The notes beneath the pieces were generated by a model, which saw only the letters and a program-made list of their open reading frames with translations, was not told the DNA's origin and ran no database searches. A stretch of DNA of 64,000 nt from contig DASSGH010000051.1 of NCBI GenBank assembly GCA_035693615.1, positions 12,608-76,607 on the forward strand. Reading direction: 5' to 3'. The translations under genes and the position numbers were made by a program. The first letter of the stretch is position 1, and each line of letters opens with the position of its first letter. Shown piece by piece: positions 1-11,676 of the stretch. Source of the DNA: Xanthobacteraceae bacterium. Its GTDB lineage: Bacteria > Pseudomonadota > Alphaproteobacteria > Rhizobiales > Xanthobacteraceae.

Positions 1-789
1 GTCGGTCGAGAAGATCGCGATGTTACGCTTGCCGAGATAGTCGACGAGCTCCTGCGGCTGACGCAGCGCCGGGAAGCGGAAATAGGGCGCGGTCGGCGCG
101 CCGACGGCCCAACGCACCGCGCTGATGCCCTTCTCGATCTCGTCTTTGGGGTCGTAGTCTACGGCCTGGACCTTGCCGTTGATCAGGCACTTCCCCTTGG
201 TCTTCGACAGATCCTGGTGACACCAAGTGTGCGAGCCGACGGCATGGCCTGCGGCGGCGACCTGCTTGAGGATGCCGGGCTCGTAGGTGGCGTGTGTGCC
301 GATCGGGAAGAAAATCGCCTTGGTGCAGTGCGCCTGGAGCGCGGCGAGCACCGCCGGCGTGTTCTTCGGCCACGGGCCATCGTCGAAGGTGAGCACGACT
401 TCGCCTTCGCGCAGGAAGTCGTGGCTCTTGAAATGCTCGAAGCCGAAGCCAGGGCCGCCGGTCGTATCGATCTCAACCACGCGCGAGACGCCGAGCGCGT
501 TTGGGTTGCTGCAGGAGGAGGCCATGGCGGCAGGGAGCGGCGGCGATGCCGACGCGGCTGGCGCTGGCGAAGCTTGGGCAAACGCAGCCGGCGACTCGGC
601 GGCCGCAGCGGGGGTCGTGGCCACACTCTCCATACTGGTCACGACCGGGCCCGGGGCTCGTTCCTCGGTGGGGGCCGCGGCCTGGGCTGGCGCGGACGCC
701 GGAAGGGGGCCCTTTTTCCAGAAAATCGCCCCAAACACCGCCACGCACAGCACGATTGCCAGCGTGGACGCTATCGCTGCCAGACGCAT
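1..789 (-). CDS. polysaccharide deacetylase family protein (NodB-homology domain); C-terminal end runs off the window
   Basis: The frame is open from the ATG at 787-789 to base 1. It is not in the ORF track because it has no stop in the window. My translation starts MRLAAIASTLAIVLCVAVFG (N-terminal hydrophobic anchor), continues through an Ala/Pro-rich linker, then shows TFDDGP, GSHTWCH and FRFPAL motifs typical of CE4 deacetylases. Confidence 0.8.
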   Translation of the reverse strand, partial: MRLAAIASTLAIVLCVAVFGAIFWKKGPLPASAPAQAAAPTEERAPGPVVTSMESVATTPAAAAESPAAFAQASPAPAASASPPLPAAMASSCSNPNALGVSRVVEIDTTGGPGFGFEHFKSHDFLREGEVVLTFDDGPWPKNTPAVLAALQAHCTKAIFFPIGTHATYEPGILKQVAAAGHAVGSHTWCHQDLSKTKGKCLINGKVQAVDYDPKDEIEKGISAVRWAVGAPTAPYFRFPALRQPQELVDYLGKRNIAIFSTD

Positions 790-1078
790 GTCCGACCTCC
801 AAATTGGGGCGCCGAAGCCCACCCTATGTCATGGACCGAAGTTTCAGCCCCCCACCCTTAATCCAAGCTTAAGTGGCCAATTCGAGGCGAAGTCAACAAA
901 ACTGCGCGACCATTCGGGGCGAAGCGGGCCCCCAATTGCCTCGCAGAGACCGATGATTGGGGGCGGGGCAGGGCAGGCGGGTGCCCCGAGTGCTTAGCCC
1001 ATAAGCATCGGCAGTGGTTCAAGGATTTCGGCTCACGCCGCCAGCGCGGCTCGGCCGGGATGACAATACCATCCCGTG

Positions 1079-2068
1079 TCACGTGCCGTGGCGCTCGCGC
1101 CAACTCGGCGGGCAGCCGGGCAGCGATTTGGCCTCGAATACGCCCCGTGCGACGGCCCGCGCCAGCGTGTTCGCCGCCACCGCCCCAAGCTCGGTGAGCT
1201 CGTTGACCGCGTCGGCGAGCCGCCGGCGGCCGGTCGCGGCCGCGAACACCGTGTCGCCGTCGAGCGTGGTGTGGGCGGGGTAGATCGCGCGGGCAAGCCC
1301 GTCCTGCGCGATGACGGCGAGCTCCTTCGCCTGCGCCTTGCTCAAATCCGCGTCGGTCGCGACGATGGCGATCGAGGTATTCTCGCCCGGGCGGCCTTTC
1401 GCCACCGGCGTGAGCGCGGCGGGCGGTATCGTGCGGGGAAAACCGAGCCCGCCGAACTCGCCATCGACCTCGAAGGGCGCCGCCCAGAAGTGCGGGCCGG
1501 CGCCAACATTGGCGCTTCCGCAGGCATTGACCGCGACCAACGCGCCGACCGTGTGCCCGTCGCGCGTCACGGCGGAGGCGGAGCCCACTCCGCCCTTGAG
1601 GTTGATCGTGGTGGCGCCGAAGCCGGCGCCCGCGGTGCCGAGCGGGAAACTCTTGCCGGCACGCGCGGCGGCGCTGTAGCCGAGGTCGCGGTAGGGCGCA
1701 AAGCGGCCCCAGTTCTTGTCGCCGCCGTTGAGGAGGTCAAACAGCGAGGCGCCGGAAACCAGCGGCACGCGGACGTCGCCGATGGCAAAGCCGCGCCCGC
1801 GCTCGCGCAGGAAAGCCTGAGCGCCGGCGCCCGCGTCCAAGCCGAACGCCGAGCCGCCGGAAAGCACCACGGCGTCGATGCGCTCGGCAGTGCGGTGTGG
1901 CTCGAGCAGGTCGGTCTCCCGCGTGGCGGGTGCGCCGCCGCGCACGTCGACGGCGACGACGGCGGGCTCCTCAAAGATGATGACGCTCACCCCCGAGGCG
2001 AGGCGGGGATCATCGGCGTGTCCGACCAGGACGCCCGCTACGTCGGTGATGAGATTGCGCCGTGCCAT
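1079..2068 (-). CDS. P1/S58 family peptidase (DmpA-like L-aminopeptidase/D-esterase)
   Basis: 329-aa ORF. MARRNLITDVAGVLVGH...AVVLSGGSAFGLDA...GAGFGATT is typical of the DmpA/ornithine acetyltransferase-fold peptidases. Confidence 0.8.
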   Translation of the reverse strand: MARRNLITDVAGVLVGHADDPRLASGVSVIIFEEPAVVAVDVRGGAPATRETDLLEPHRTAERIDAVVLSGGSAFGLDAGAGAQAFLRERGRGFAIGDVRVPLVSGASLFDLLNGGDKNWGRFAPYRDLGYSAAARAGKSFPLGTAGAGFGATTINLKGGVGSASAVTRDGHTVGALVAVNACGSANVGAGPHFWAAPFEVDGEFGGLGFPRTIPPAALTPVAKGRPGENTSIAIVATDADLSKAQAKELAVIAQDGLARAIYPAHTTLDGDTVFAAATGRRRLADAVNELTELGAVAANTLARAVARGVFEAKSLPGCPPSWRERHGT

Positions 2069-2196
2069 GTGCCTCGCCTCGCCGGCGCGACGTTAGCCAC
2101 TGCCGGCGTTGAGAGCCAGATCACCGCTCGATCACATCGGGGCGAGAGGGGAATTGACGGCTTGCGCGAGGATGCAAATGCACCGCATGAAGGCGC

Positions 2197-2931
2197 ATGG
2201 GCGCCGACGTCACCATCCTGGCCGCGCTGTTGGCCGGCCTCGTGAGCTTTCTGTCTCCGTGCGTGCTGCCGCTGGTGCCGCCCTATCTTGTCTTTCTCGC
2301 CGGCACCTCGCTCGAGCGGTTGGCGGAAGCGGAGCCGCCGCCGCAGGTCCGGCGCGACACGGTGATCGCCGCCGTGCTGTTCGTGCTGGGCTTTTCCACC
2401 ATCTTCGTGGCGCTCGGCGCCAGCGCAAGCGTGGTCGGCGCGCTGATGCGCTATTATTCGAACGAGCTGGCCGTCGTCGCCGGCATTGCCATCATCGTCA
2501 TGGGCCTGCACTTTTTGGGAGTGACTCCGATCGCGCTCCTCCACCGGCAGGCGCGCATTCACGTGGCCAAGCCCGTCGGGCTTTGGGGCGCCTATGTGAT
2601 GGGGCTTGCCTTCGCGCTCGGCTGGACGCCGTGTATCGGCCCGATCCTCGCGGCCATTCTCGCGGTCGCAGCATCGAAGGCGACCGTGGCCAAGGGGGCG
2701 GGGCTGCTTGCCATCTACTCGCTCGGGCTCGGCGTGCCGTTCATCATCGCGGCGTTCGCGGTCGAGCCGTTTGCGGCGTTTCTCGCGCGCTTTCGCGCTC
2801 ACCTCGCCCACGTCGAGCGGGTGATGGGCGGATTGCTCGTGCTTACCGGGATCGCCTTTCTCGCCGGCGTTTTCACCCAGCTCAACAGCTGGTTAATCGA
2901 GACTTTCCCGGCGCTGCAAAGCATCGGCTGA
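2197..2931 (+). CDS. ccdA: cytochrome c biogenesis thiol:disulfide transporter CcdA (DsbD-family membrane protein)
   Basis: 244-aa polytopic membrane ORF with the SPCVLPLVPPYL and GWTPCIGPIL cysteine motifs. Confidence 0.85.
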   Translation: MGADVTILAALLAGLVSFLSPCVLPLVPPYLVFLAGTSLERLAEAEPPPQVRRDTVIAAVLFVLGFSTIFVALGASASVVGALMRYYSNELAVVAGIAIIVMGLHFLGVTPIALLHRQARIHVAKPVGLWGAYVMGLAFALGWTPCIGPILAAILAVAASKATVAKGAGLLAIYSLGLGVPFIIAAFAVEPFAAFLARFRAHLAHVERVMGGLLVLTGIAFLAGVFTQLNSWLIETFPALQSIG

Positions 2932-2962
2932 GTGTGCGTAGCGGCAGTTGCCATCGATCGTC

Positions 2963-3045
2963 ATGCGCGGGCTTGACCCGCGCATCCATCTCTTTCGCAA
3001 GAAGCTTTACGATAATGGATGGATTGCCGGGTCAAGCCCGGCAAT
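2963..3045. repeat. pair of REP-like 23-bp palindromes in inverted orientation
   Basis: ATGCGCGGG-CTTGA-CCCGCGCAT (2963-2985) and ATTGCCGGG-TCAAG-CCCGGCAAT (3023-3045). The loops are reverse complements of each other. They lie in the ccdA / SBP intergenic space. Confidence 0.6.
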
Positions 3046-3085
3046 GACTACGGATATAGATCGGTGCCGGTGATCGCTGGCGTAA

Positions 3086-3116
3086 GAAAAAGCCCGCCTC
3101 GGGATGAGGTGGGCTT
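3086..3116 (-). terminator. intrinsic terminator downstream of the liv-operon SBP gene
   Basis: Minus-strand reading is AGCCCACCTC-atcc-GAGGCGGGCT (9 of 10 pairs) followed by TTTTTC, about 25 nt after the stop at 3141. Confidence 0.7.
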
Positions 3117-3140
3117 CACGCATCAAGCTCGATGCAGCAG

Positions 3141-4259
3141 TCACTCGATCTCGGTGTAGGTGATCTTGCCGCTGGGGTCCTTCTTCCAGACGTAGACGGT
3201 GTAATCGATGCGGGTCACGTCACCCTTCTTGTCGTAGGACAATTGCCCGATCACGGTGTTGAACTTCTGGCCGGACTTGATTTGGGCCGCAACCTTCTTG
3301 GGATCGAGCGATTTCGCCGCCTCGGCGGCCTGTTTGATCACCTGCACTGCGGCGTAGCTGTAGAGCGTGTAGGCCTGCGGCTCGAAATTCTTGGCGCGGA
3401 ATTTGGCGACGATGTCCTTCGCTTCCTGCCGCTTTCGCGCATCTGGGCCGAACGTCATCAGCGTGCCCTCGGCGCCTGGGCCGGCGATCGCCGCGAACTC
3501 CTCGTCGGCGATGCCGTCGGCTCCCATGAACGGCGCCTTGACGCCCTGGGCGCGCAGCTGCCGCAGGATCAAGCCGCCGGTGTCGTGCAGCCCGCCCCAA
3601 TAGATGAGGTCGGCGTTCGACGCCTTGACCTTGGATACGAGCGCCGAGAAATCCTTGTCGTCCTTGTTGACGCCTTCAAACATCACTTCCTTGACGCCCT
3701 TGGCGTTGAGGTTCTTGCGCGTCTCCTCGGCGAGGCCCTGCCCGTAGGTCGTCTTGTCGTGCACGATGGCGACCTTCTTGCCCTTGAAATTCTTGGCAAT
3801 GTAATCGCCCGCGACCGCGCCCTGCTGGTCGTCGCGGCCGCAGGTGCGGAAGATGTTCCACATGTTGCGCTCGGTCACCTTGGGATTGGTGGCCGCGGGC
3901 GTGATCACGAGCATGCCGTTCTCCTGGTAGACCTCGGAGGCCGGGATGGTGACGCCCGAATTGAAGTGCCCAACGACGAATTTGACGCCGTCGCCGACGA
4001 ACTTGTTGGCGACCGAGACGCCTTCCTTCGGATCGGCGCGGTCGTCGCCGACGAAAACCTGGATCTTCTGTCCGAGAATGCCGCCGGCGGCGTTGATGTC
4101 CTCGACCGCCTGCTCGACGCCGTTCTTGAGCTGCGCGCCGAACGCGGCGCTGCCGCCGGTGATCGGTCCGGCGACGCCCAACTTGATTTGCGCCGAAGCG
4201 TGATCCGCAAAAGCAAGGCCAAGACCGAGGGCGAGGCTGAGCGTGAGCCATTGTCTCAT
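3141..4259 (-). CDS. branched-chain amino acid ABC transporter substrate-binding protein (LivJ/LivK family)
   Basis: The track ORF is 3141-4421. I prefer the internal ATG at 4257-4259, preceded by GAGGTGG, which gives the signal peptide MRQWLTLSLALGLGLAFADHASA. IKLGVAGPITGGSAAFG... is typical of Leu/Ile/Val-binding proteins. Confidence 0.85.
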   Translation of the reverse strand: MRQWLTLSLALGLGLAFADHASAQIKLGVAGPITGGSAAFGAQLKNGVEQAVEDINAAGGILGQKIQVFVGDDRADPKEGVSVANKFVGDGVKFVVGHFNSGVTIPASEVYQENGMLVITPAATNPKVTERNMWNIFRTCGRDDQQGAVAGDYIAKNFKGKKVAIVHDKTTYGQGLAEETRKNLNAKGVKEVMFEGVNKDDKDFSALVSKVKASNADLIYWGGLHDTGGLILRQLRAQGVKAPFMGADGIADEEFAAIAGPGAEGTLMTFGPDARKRQEAKDIVAKFRAKNFEPQAYTLYSYAAVQVIKQAAEAAKSLDPKKVAAQIKSGQKFNTVIGQLSYDKKGDVTRIDYTVYVWKKDPSGKITYTEIE

Positions 4260-4347
4260 AGTGTCCACCTCTGGATGAAAACGCAGGTTGAGCGCGTTTC
4301 GTTTCTCGCGCCCCGTGACGCGATTCAACCCGCAAATCGCGGAAATG

Positions 4348-4742
4348 TCACTCGGATTTTGGCGTATCCGCGGCCGGCGTATCGTCGCGGCGCCGCCAGC
4401 GAAATGGCCCCGCGCGTTCATGGATCCATTTGTAGCGGGTGACCATCTGGGTGGCGCGCGTGAGGTGAAAGCCGAGCGAGCCGAAGGCGAGGCAGACCGC
4501 GTAATCGACGAGATAGTAATGCAGCGACAAGAACTTGCCTTCGAACAATGCGTAGTGGAGGAAACGCACCGCAGCGCTTAGCGGCAACATGTAGAGTGCG
4601 AGATGCCACCACGGTCGCCAGGTCGAGGCGATCGCACGGCCGGCGAGCCAAGCGGCGGCGCCGCCCATGACGATGCTCACCAGAAAAAACACGGCAAGCG
4701 AGTGCTCGTCGGACAGCAGTTCGGGGATCGAGATGTGCATGC

Positions 4743-4746
<4 letters not shown>
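4348..4746 (-). CDS. small integral membrane protein associated with liv operons in Rhizobiales (I believe DUF6867-like, unverified)
   Basis: 132-aa ORF with 3 predicted hydrophobic helices. Its start overlaps the livF stop (4743-4746), implying translational coupling. Confidence 0.6.
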
Positions 4747-5468
<722 letters not shown>

Positions 5469-5538
5469 CAGTAGTCTCGTGCGGTCTTGTAGCGGCGCAC
5501 GGGGTGCCGCAGGCGGAAGGAGCGGCGTGCCGTGCGCG

Positions 5539-6519
5539 TCATTGCGAGCCTGCGATGCCGGCCTGTTCCACGACTTTGCCCCAGCGCGCGATCTCCGTCT
5601 GGACGAAGATGCGCAGATTGGCGACCGAGGGTGTGTCGATCGGCAGCGCGCCCATTTTGGCGAGGTGTTCGCGGATATCCGCTTGCAGCATCACGTCCTT
5701 GATGCCGGCGTGCAGCCGCTCGATGATCTCCTTCGGCGTGGCCGCCGGCGCCACCACCATCTGCCAGGACGCCGCGTCGAATCCGCTCACCCCCTGTTCG
5801 GCAATGGGCGAAAGCTGGGGCAGTGCGGCGAGCCGTTCCTTGGTGGAGACGCCGAGCGCCCGCACCTTGCCCTCGTTGACCAAGCCAAGCGCCGGCGGGA
5901 CGTCGGAGAACATGAGCTGGACGTGTCCGGCGGCAATGTCGGTCAGCGCGGGCACGGAGCCTCGGTAAGGCACATGCGTCAGCTCGATCCCAGCCGAGCC
6001 CTTGAACATCTCTGCAAAAAGATGATGCGGCGTGCCCAACCCGGCCGACGCGAAGGCGAGCCGGCCGGGGCTCGCCTTGGCCAGCGCGATGAGTTCGGTG
6101 ACCGACTGCGTCGGCAGCGAGGGCGTCACCACCAGCACGAAGGGCGTGGCGGCGACGAGCGCGAGCGGAACGAAATCGGCGGCCGGATCGTAAGGGAGCT
6201 TCTTGTGCAGGGCGACGTTGATGGCGATGACCGACGAGGGCGCCATGAGGATGGTGTAGCCGTCGGGCGCGGCGCGGGCGACGGAAACCGCGCCCACCAT
6301 TCCGCCGCCGCCGGGGCGGTTCTCGATCACGAATGGCTTGCCGAGCCGCTGCTCCAGGCGCTGGCCCAAGAGCCGCGCCAAGAACTCGGTGCTGCCGCCG
6401 GCGGTAAACGGCACGACGAATGTGACCGCGTGCGTCGGATAGGACTCCGCCGTCGCCCGCGCGCCGGCGCAGCCGAGCGCCGTAAGCGCCAGCAGGGCAC
6501 ATCCGAGCAGCGCCTTCAT
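5539..6519 (-). CDS. Bug/TctC family tripartite tricarboxylate transporter substrate-binding protein
   Basis: 326 aa with a signal peptide and the FVIENRPGGGG and YASAGLGTPHH-like motifs of the Bug family. It sits between livG and livF. Confidence 0.8.
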   Translation of the reverse strand: MKALLGCALLALTALGCAGARATAESYPTHAVTFVVPFTAGGSTEFLARLLGQRLEQRLGKPFVIENRPGGGGMVGAVSVARAAPDGYTILMAPSSVIAINVALHKKLPYDPAADFVPLALVAATPFVLVVTPSLPTQSVTELIALAKASPGRLAFASAGLGTPHHLFAEMFKGSAGIELTHVPYRGSVPALTDIAAGHVQLMFSDVPPALGLVNEGKVRALGVSTKERLAALPQLSPIAEQGVSGFDAASWQMVVAPAATPKEIIERLHAGIKDVMLQADIREHLAKMGALPIDTPSVANLRIFVQTEIARWGKVVEQAGIAGSQ

Positions 6520-6544
6520 GACGATCTCGCTTGCGCGATCCTTC

Positions 6545-7501
6545 TCATTGCACTTCGCCGTCCGCCATCTCCTCCTCCTCGACGCCGAGATAAGCGGCGA
6601 TGACTTTCGAGTCGTTGCGAATGTCGTCCGGCGCGCCGTCGGCGATCTTTTGCCCGTGATCGAGCACGACGATGTGGTCGGAGATCTCCATCACCACCGT
6701 CATGTCATGCTCGATCAGGAGAATCGACGTCGCATGCTCGTCGCGGATGGCATGGAGATAACGGCCGAGCTCGGCGCTTTCGCTCGGATTGAGGCCGGCG
6801 GCCGGCTCGTCGAGGCACAGCAGCACCGGGTCGGTGCACATGGCGCGGGCGATCTCGAGCCGCCGCTGGGCGCCATAGGGCAATTCGCCGGCCGGATCGT
6901 CGGCGCGCTCGCTCAGCGCCGTCCGCTCGAGCCAGTAGCGCGCCTTGTCGATCGCCGAGCGCTCCGCCCGCGCATAGGAGGGAAGTCCCAGCGCGCCCAG
7001 CACGGTGTAGCCGGAGGCCCACATCAGCGTATTGTGCTGGGCGACCAGAAGATTTTCCAACACGGTCATGCCCTGGAACAGCCGGATGTTCTGGAACGTG
7101 CGGGCGACGCGGGCTTTCTGCGTCACCAGGTAGTCGGGCATACGCTCGAGCAGGAACAGTACGCCGTCGCCGCGGCTGACGCTGCGCGTGCCCCGTTCGG
7201 TCAAGGCGCCGAGCTCCTCCCACACGCCGGGATCTCCGAACTGCAGGGCGATGCGTCCCTCGCTCGGTTTGTAGAATCCGGTGATGCAGTTGAACACCGT
7301 CGTCTTGCCGGCGCCGTTGGGGCCGATCAGCGCGGTAATGTCGCCGCGCCGCGCGGTGAAACAGAGATCGTTGATGGCGACGAGTCCGCCGAAGCGCATG
7401 CTGACGTGCTCGACCGCGAGCACCGGCGCCGAGGTCGAGAGCGGAGCGGTCGCGTTCGCGGCAGCGCCGGTCGCCGCCGCCGCATGACTTGCCGCGCTCA
7501 T
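6545..7501 (-). CDS. livG: branched-chain amino acid ABC transporter ATP-binding protein LivG
   Basis: 318 aa with Walker [10 protein letters not shown], signature [12 protein letters not shown] and Walker [11 protein letters not shown]. The start ATG overlaps the livM stop (ATGA). Confidence 0.9.
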   Translation of the reverse strand: MSAASHAAAATGAAANATAPLSTSAPVLAVEHVSMRFGGLVAINDLCFTARRGDITALIGPNGAGKTTVFNCITGFYKPSEGRIALQFGDPGVWEELGALTERGTRSVSRGDGVLFLLERMPDYLVTQKARVARTFQNIRLFQGMTVLENLLVAQHNTLMWASGYTVLGALGLPSYARAERSAIDKARYWLERTALSERADDPAGELPYGAQRRLEIARAMCTDPVLLCLDEPAAGLNPSESAELGRYLHAIRDEHATSILLIEHDMTVVMEISDHIVVLDHGQKIADGAPDDIRNDSKVIAAYLGVEEEEMADGEVQ

Positions 7502-8910
7502 CGGTGGCGCTCCCGCACCAGCGAAGGCTGCGTCGTCTGCGCTTTCTCCTCGTGCAGGCGCGAAGAGCGGGCAACGTTGAGCAGCGTCGAGGGTTCGCGC
7601 GTGGCGATCAGGCCGCGCGGCCTCCAGATCATGATCAGCACCATGCCGAAGCCGAACAGCAGCATGCGATACTGGGCGGGATCGAAATCGCTGCCGAATA
7701 CGGCTTTGAGGAAATCAAGCTCGCGCATGATCTCGGTGCCGCCGATCATGATGACAGCGGCGATCGCCACCCCGAGCAGGCTGCCCATGCCGCCGAGCAC
7801 GACGATGGCGACGATCACCGCCGATTCCATGAAGGTGAAGCTTTCCGGCGAAATGAATCCCTGCCGCGCCGCGAAGAACGATCCGGCAAAGCCGGCGAAC
7901 ATCGCGCCCATGGCAAATGCGGTGAGCTTGGTGTTGGTGGTGTTAATGCCGAGCGAACGGCAGGCGATCTCGTCCTCGCGCAATGCCTCCCACGCCCGCC
8001 CGATCGGCAGCCGGCGCAGCCGCACCGTCAGCGCGGCGGTAACGAGCGCGAGCGCGAGGATGAGGTAGTAAAGGAAGACCGTGCGGTAGACCGGACTGAA
8101 CTCGAGCCCGAAACGGGCGGCAAAGCCTTCGTCCGAGGCGTTGAACGGAATGCCGAAGAAGGTCGGCCGCGGGATGCTGCTGATCCCGGCATAGCCGTTG
8201 GTCACGGGAACCCAGTTGATCAGGATGAGCCGGATGATCTCGCCGAAGGCGAGCGTCACGATCGCGAGGTAGTCGCCGCGCAACCGCAGCACGGGAAAGC
8301 CCAGCAGAATGCCCCAGAACGCGGCCAGGCAGCCGGCGACCGGAAGCAGGATCCAGAACGACAGGCCGAAGCTGTTCGCCAGCAAAGCGTAGGAATAGGC
8401 GCCTACGGCATAGAAGGCGACGTAGCCGAGATCGAGCAGGCCGGCGAGCCCGACCACAATGTTGAGCCCCCAGCCGAGCATCACGTAAATGAGGATCTGG
8501 ACGCCGAAATTGTCGACCCATTTAACCGCGCCCTGGGTTCCCGCGAGCGACAGCGCCAGTGCCGGATAGACGACGGCAAAACCCAGCGCAAACGGAACGA
8601 CCCAGCGCGCGCCTCGCGCGCGCGGCGCGGTGCGCACGGCATGCTCCCGTCGCTGCCGCTGCGCGCGACGGTCGAGCCAGGGCGCGATCAGGATCGCGTG
8701 CAGGAAACGCCCGGCGGCAATGATCGCCACCAGCGCCGCCAGCAACGGCCAGCGCGTCTCGAGCACGATCTCGTTGCGGATGTTCTGGACCGTGTTGAAG
8801 CCGATCAGCGGCAGCAACAGCCCGAAGGTGATCAGGCCGGTGATGGCGGCTTGGCGCAGCGCGCCGATAATATCGACGCGCGAGGCGGGGGCTGACGCCT
8901 CGAGCGCCAT
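7498..8910 (-). CDS. livM: branched-chain amino acid ABC transporter permease LivM
   Basis: The track ORF is 7498-8928. The ATG at 8908-8910 (MALEASAP...) lies one base after the livH stop. The protein is polytopic with an [14 protein letters not shown] core. Confidence 0.85.
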   Translation of the reverse strand: MALEASAPASRVDIIGALRQAAITGLITFGLLLPLIGFNTVQNIRNEIVLETRWPLLAALVAIIAAGRFLHAILIAPWLDRRAQRQRREHAVRTAPRARGARWVVPFALGFAVVYPALALSLAGTQGAVKWVDNFGVQILIYVMLGWGLNIVVGLAGLLDLGYVAFYAVGAYSYALLANSFGLSFWILLPVAGCLAAFWGILLGFPVLRLRGDYLAIVTLAFGEIIRLILINWVPVTNGYAGISSIPRPTFFGIPFNASDEGFAARFGLEFSPVYRTVFLYYLILALALVTAALTVRLRRLPIGRAWEALREDEIACRSLGINTTNTKLTAFAMGAMFAGFAGSFFAARQGFISPESFTFMESAVIVAIVVLGGMGSLLGVAIAAVIMIGGTEIMRELDFLKAVFGSDFDPAQYRMLLFGFGMVLIMIWRPRGLIATREPSTLLNVARSSRLHEEKAQTTQPSLVRERHR

Positions 8911-8911
8911 C

Positions 8912-9832
8912 TCACACCTTCTCCACATCCGGTCGCCCGAGGAGGCCCTGCGGCAGGAAGATCATGGTGATGGCGAGAATGGAGAAGGCGGCGACATCCT
9001 TGTAGTCGATGGAGAAATATGCCGACCACATGGTCTCGATGAGCCCGATCAGCAACCCGCCGACGACCGCGCCCGGTAGCGAGCCGATCCCTCCCAGCAC
9101 CGCCGCGGTGAAGGCCTTCACGCCGGGCACGAAACCGTCGGCGAAGCTCACCACGCCGTAATACATGAGGTACATCGTGCCGGCGACGGCGGCGAGCGCG
9201 GCGGCGATGACGAAGGTGATCGAGATCGTGCGGTCGACGTCGATGCCGAGCAGCGCCGCCATCTTCTGATCCTGCTCGCAGGCGCGTTGCGCGCGCCCGA
9301 GCGCGGTCTTGCTCACCAGGAACCAGAACACGAACAGCAGCGCCGCCGTCACCACCCAGATCACGATCTGCTTATAGGACACCGCGACTTCGTAACCGCT
9401 GCTGGCCGGGGTCAGCACGATCACCTCGTTGAAGAACGGCGGGATGGATTTGACGCGCGGACCCTGCGCCACCTGGACGAAGTTCGACAGAAAGATCGAC
9501 ATCCCGATCGCCGAGATCAGCGGCGCCAGCCGGAAGGAGCCGCGCAGCGGCCGATAGGCGACTCGCTCGATCGCCCAGTTGAGGAGCGAGGTGAAGAACA
9601 TCGCCACGACGAGAACGATGAACAACGCGATCACGAACGAGCCGATGCCGAGCCAGGTCGTAAGCAGCAGAAACGCGATGAGCGCGATGAAGGCGGAAAC
9701 CATGAACACGTCGCCATGGGCGAAGTTCACCATGCCGATGATGCCGAATACCATCGTGTAGCCGATGGCGATGAGCCCGTAGATCGAGCCGAGGGTAATG
9801 CCGTTGATCAGCTGCTGGACGAAGACTTCCAT
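8912..9832 (-). CDS. livH: branched-chain amino acid ABC transporter permease LivH
   Basis: 306 aa. [30 protein letters not shown] is the canonical LivH N-terminus. Confidence 0.9.
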   Translation of the reverse strand: MEVFVQQLINGITLGSIYGLIAIGYTMVFGIIGMVNFAHGDVFMVSAFIALIAFLLLTTWLGIGSFVIALFIVLVVAMFFTSLLNWAIERVAYRPLRGSFRLAPLISAIGMSIFLSNFVQVAQGPRVKSIPPFFNEVIVLTPASSGYEVAVSYKQIVIWVVTAALLFVFWFLVSKTALGRAQRACEQDQKMAALLGIDVDRTISITFVIAAALAAVAGTMYLMYYGVVSFADGFVPGVKAFTAAVLGGIGSLPGAVVGGLLIGLIETMWSAYFSIDYKDVAAFSILAITMIFLPQGLLGRPDVEKV

Positions 9833-10095
9833 GCCGCGCGCCTCCTCTGGAGGCGTCCCTCACAATCCGGCAACCGGTGAAGCCTTATCAGGGGGCTGAA
9901 CGGCCAGCAACGGCAGCGAGGCGCCGCCGAAGTGCCTGTGGGAAGCCGCAGTCGCGCGGCGGCAGGGAACCGAGGTTCCGCGCGGGCCGGCCGCCGTTTG
10001 CCGGCCTTGGTCACGGCCCTGACCGCAGCAGGCGGCGCATTGACACTGGCCTCCGCGAGTGCCTTCCTGCCGGGCCTGCGAAGGAATCTGCCCCG

Positions 10096-11670
10096 ATGAA
10101 GTCCGAGGACGTCATTGCCGCCAAAGGCCGACCGTTCACGGGCGCGGAATATATTGCCAGCCTGCGTGACGGGCGTGACGTCTACATCTATGGCGAGCGC
10201 GTCGATGACGTGACCACGCATCCCGCGTTCCGCAACGCTGCACGCTCGATCGCGCGGCTCTACGACGCCTTGCACGACCCCAAGACCAAGGACGTTCTCA
10301 CGTGGCCGACCGACACCGGATCGGGCGGCTACACCCACAAATTCTTCCGCGCCGCGCGCTCGCGCGAGGAACTCACTGCGCAGCGGGATGCCATCGCCCA
10401 ATGGGCGCGCATGTCCTACGGCTGGATGGGACGCTCGCCCGATTACAAGGCCTCGCTGATGAACACGCTCGGGGCGAATCATCGCTTTTACGGACGGTTC
10501 TCCGGCAACGCCAAGGCGTGGTATCGCCGCGCCCAGGAACACGTGCTGTTCATGAACCACGCCATCGTCAATCCGCCGGTCGATCGCGCCAAGGCGTCGG
10601 ATCAGGTCAAGGACGTGTTTATCGCCATTCAGAAGGAGACGGATGCCGGCATCTATATCTCCGGCGCCAAGGTGGTGGCGACGTCCTCCGCGCTGACCCA
10701 CTACAACTTCCTGGGCCAAAATGCGGCGGTGCCTACGCACGACACCGATCTCGCCGTGATGTTTATCGCGCCCATGAACACGCCCGGAGTAAAGCTGTTT
10801 TGCCGCACCTCCTACGAAATGATGGCGAGCGTCATGGGCACGCCGTTCGACTACCCGCTGTCCTCGAGGTTCGACGAGAACGACGCCATCTTTGTGTTCG
10901 ACAACGCGTTCGTGCCCTGGGAAGACGTGCTACTCCACCGGGATATCGAGAAGCTCAAGAGCTTTTTCCCGCAGTCGGGCTTCCTCGCCGGCTATCAGTT
11001 TCAGGGCTGCACGCGGCTTGCGGTCAAGCTTGACTTCTTGGTGGGGGTCATCGCCAAGGCGCTGCGCACGACGGGGGCCGACGGCTTCCGCGGCAATCAG
11101 GCGATGCTCGGCGAGATAATCGCCTGGCGCAATCTGTTCTGGGCGCTGACCGACGCGATGGCCGCCAGTCCGACGCCCTGGGTCGATGGCGCCGTGTTGC
11201 CCAACCTTCATTCCGGCTCGAGCTACCGCGTCTTCGCCGGCGACGCCTACGGCCGCGTCAAGGAGATCGTGGAAAAGATCATCGCCTCCGCGCTCATCTA
11301 CCTTCCGTCGTCGGCGAGAGATTTCAAGAATCCGGAGATCGACAAATATCTCGCGAAATACGTCCGCGGCTCGCACGGCATCGACTACAAGGAGCGCATC
11401 AAGGTGATGAAGCTCCTCTGGGACGCGATCGGTACCGAGTTCGGCGGCCGCCACGAACTCTACGAGATGAACTACGCCGGCAACCATGAGGACATCCGCA
11501 TCCAGGCGATGTGGAATGCGCGCACGAGCGGCACGCTCGACGGCATGATCGCGCTCGCCGAGCAGTGCCTGGCGGACTACGACGAGAACGGCTGGCGCGA
11601 CGCCGCCTGGCTCGACCCGGATGACGTCTCTTATCCGGCCGTGGCCGGGGTCAAGCGCGCCGCGGAGTAG
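10096..11670 (+). CDS. hpaB: 4-hydroxyphenylacetate 3-monooxygenase oxygenase component family protein (HpaB family)
   Basis: The track ORF starts at 9877 with an Arg/Gly-rich extension. The ATG at 10096 gives a 524-aa product, MKSEDVIAAKGRPFTGAEYIASLRDGRDVYIYGERV..., with length and sequence typical of HpaB-type two-component flavin monooxygenases. Confidence 0.8.
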   Translation: MKSEDVIAAKGRPFTGAEYIASLRDGRDVYIYGERVDDVTTHPAFRNAARSIARLYDALHDPKTKDVLTWPTDTGSGGYTHKFFRAARSREELTAQRDAIAQWARMSYGWMGRSPDYKASLMNTLGANHRFYGRFSGNAKAWYRRAQEHVLFMNHAIVNPPVDRAKASDQVKDVFIAIQKETDAGIYISGAKVVATSSALTHYNFLGQNAAVPTHDTDLAVMFIAPMNTPGVKLFCRTSYEMMASVMGTPFDYPLSSRFDENDAIFVFDNAFVPWEDVLLHRDIEKLKSFFPQSGFLAGYQFQGCTRLAVKLDFLVGVIAKALRTTGADGFRGNQAMLGEIIAWRNLFWALTDAMAASPTPWVDGAVLPNLHSGSSYRVFAGDAYGRVKEIVEKIIASALIYLPSSARDFKNPEIDKYLAKYVRGSHGIDYKERIKVMKLLWDAIGTEFGGRHELYEMNYAGNHEDIRIQAMWNARTSGTLDGMIALAEQCLADYDENGWRDAAWLDPDDVSYPAVAGVKRAAE

Positions 11671-11676
11671 GCGGCA

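Noticed and set aside
1076-2245. 389-aa plus-strand ORF overlapping the DmpA-like gene
   Set aside because: It is antisense to a well-supported gene. Its Arg/Gly/Ala-rich composition has no recognisable motifs. This is a typical high-GC shadow ORF.
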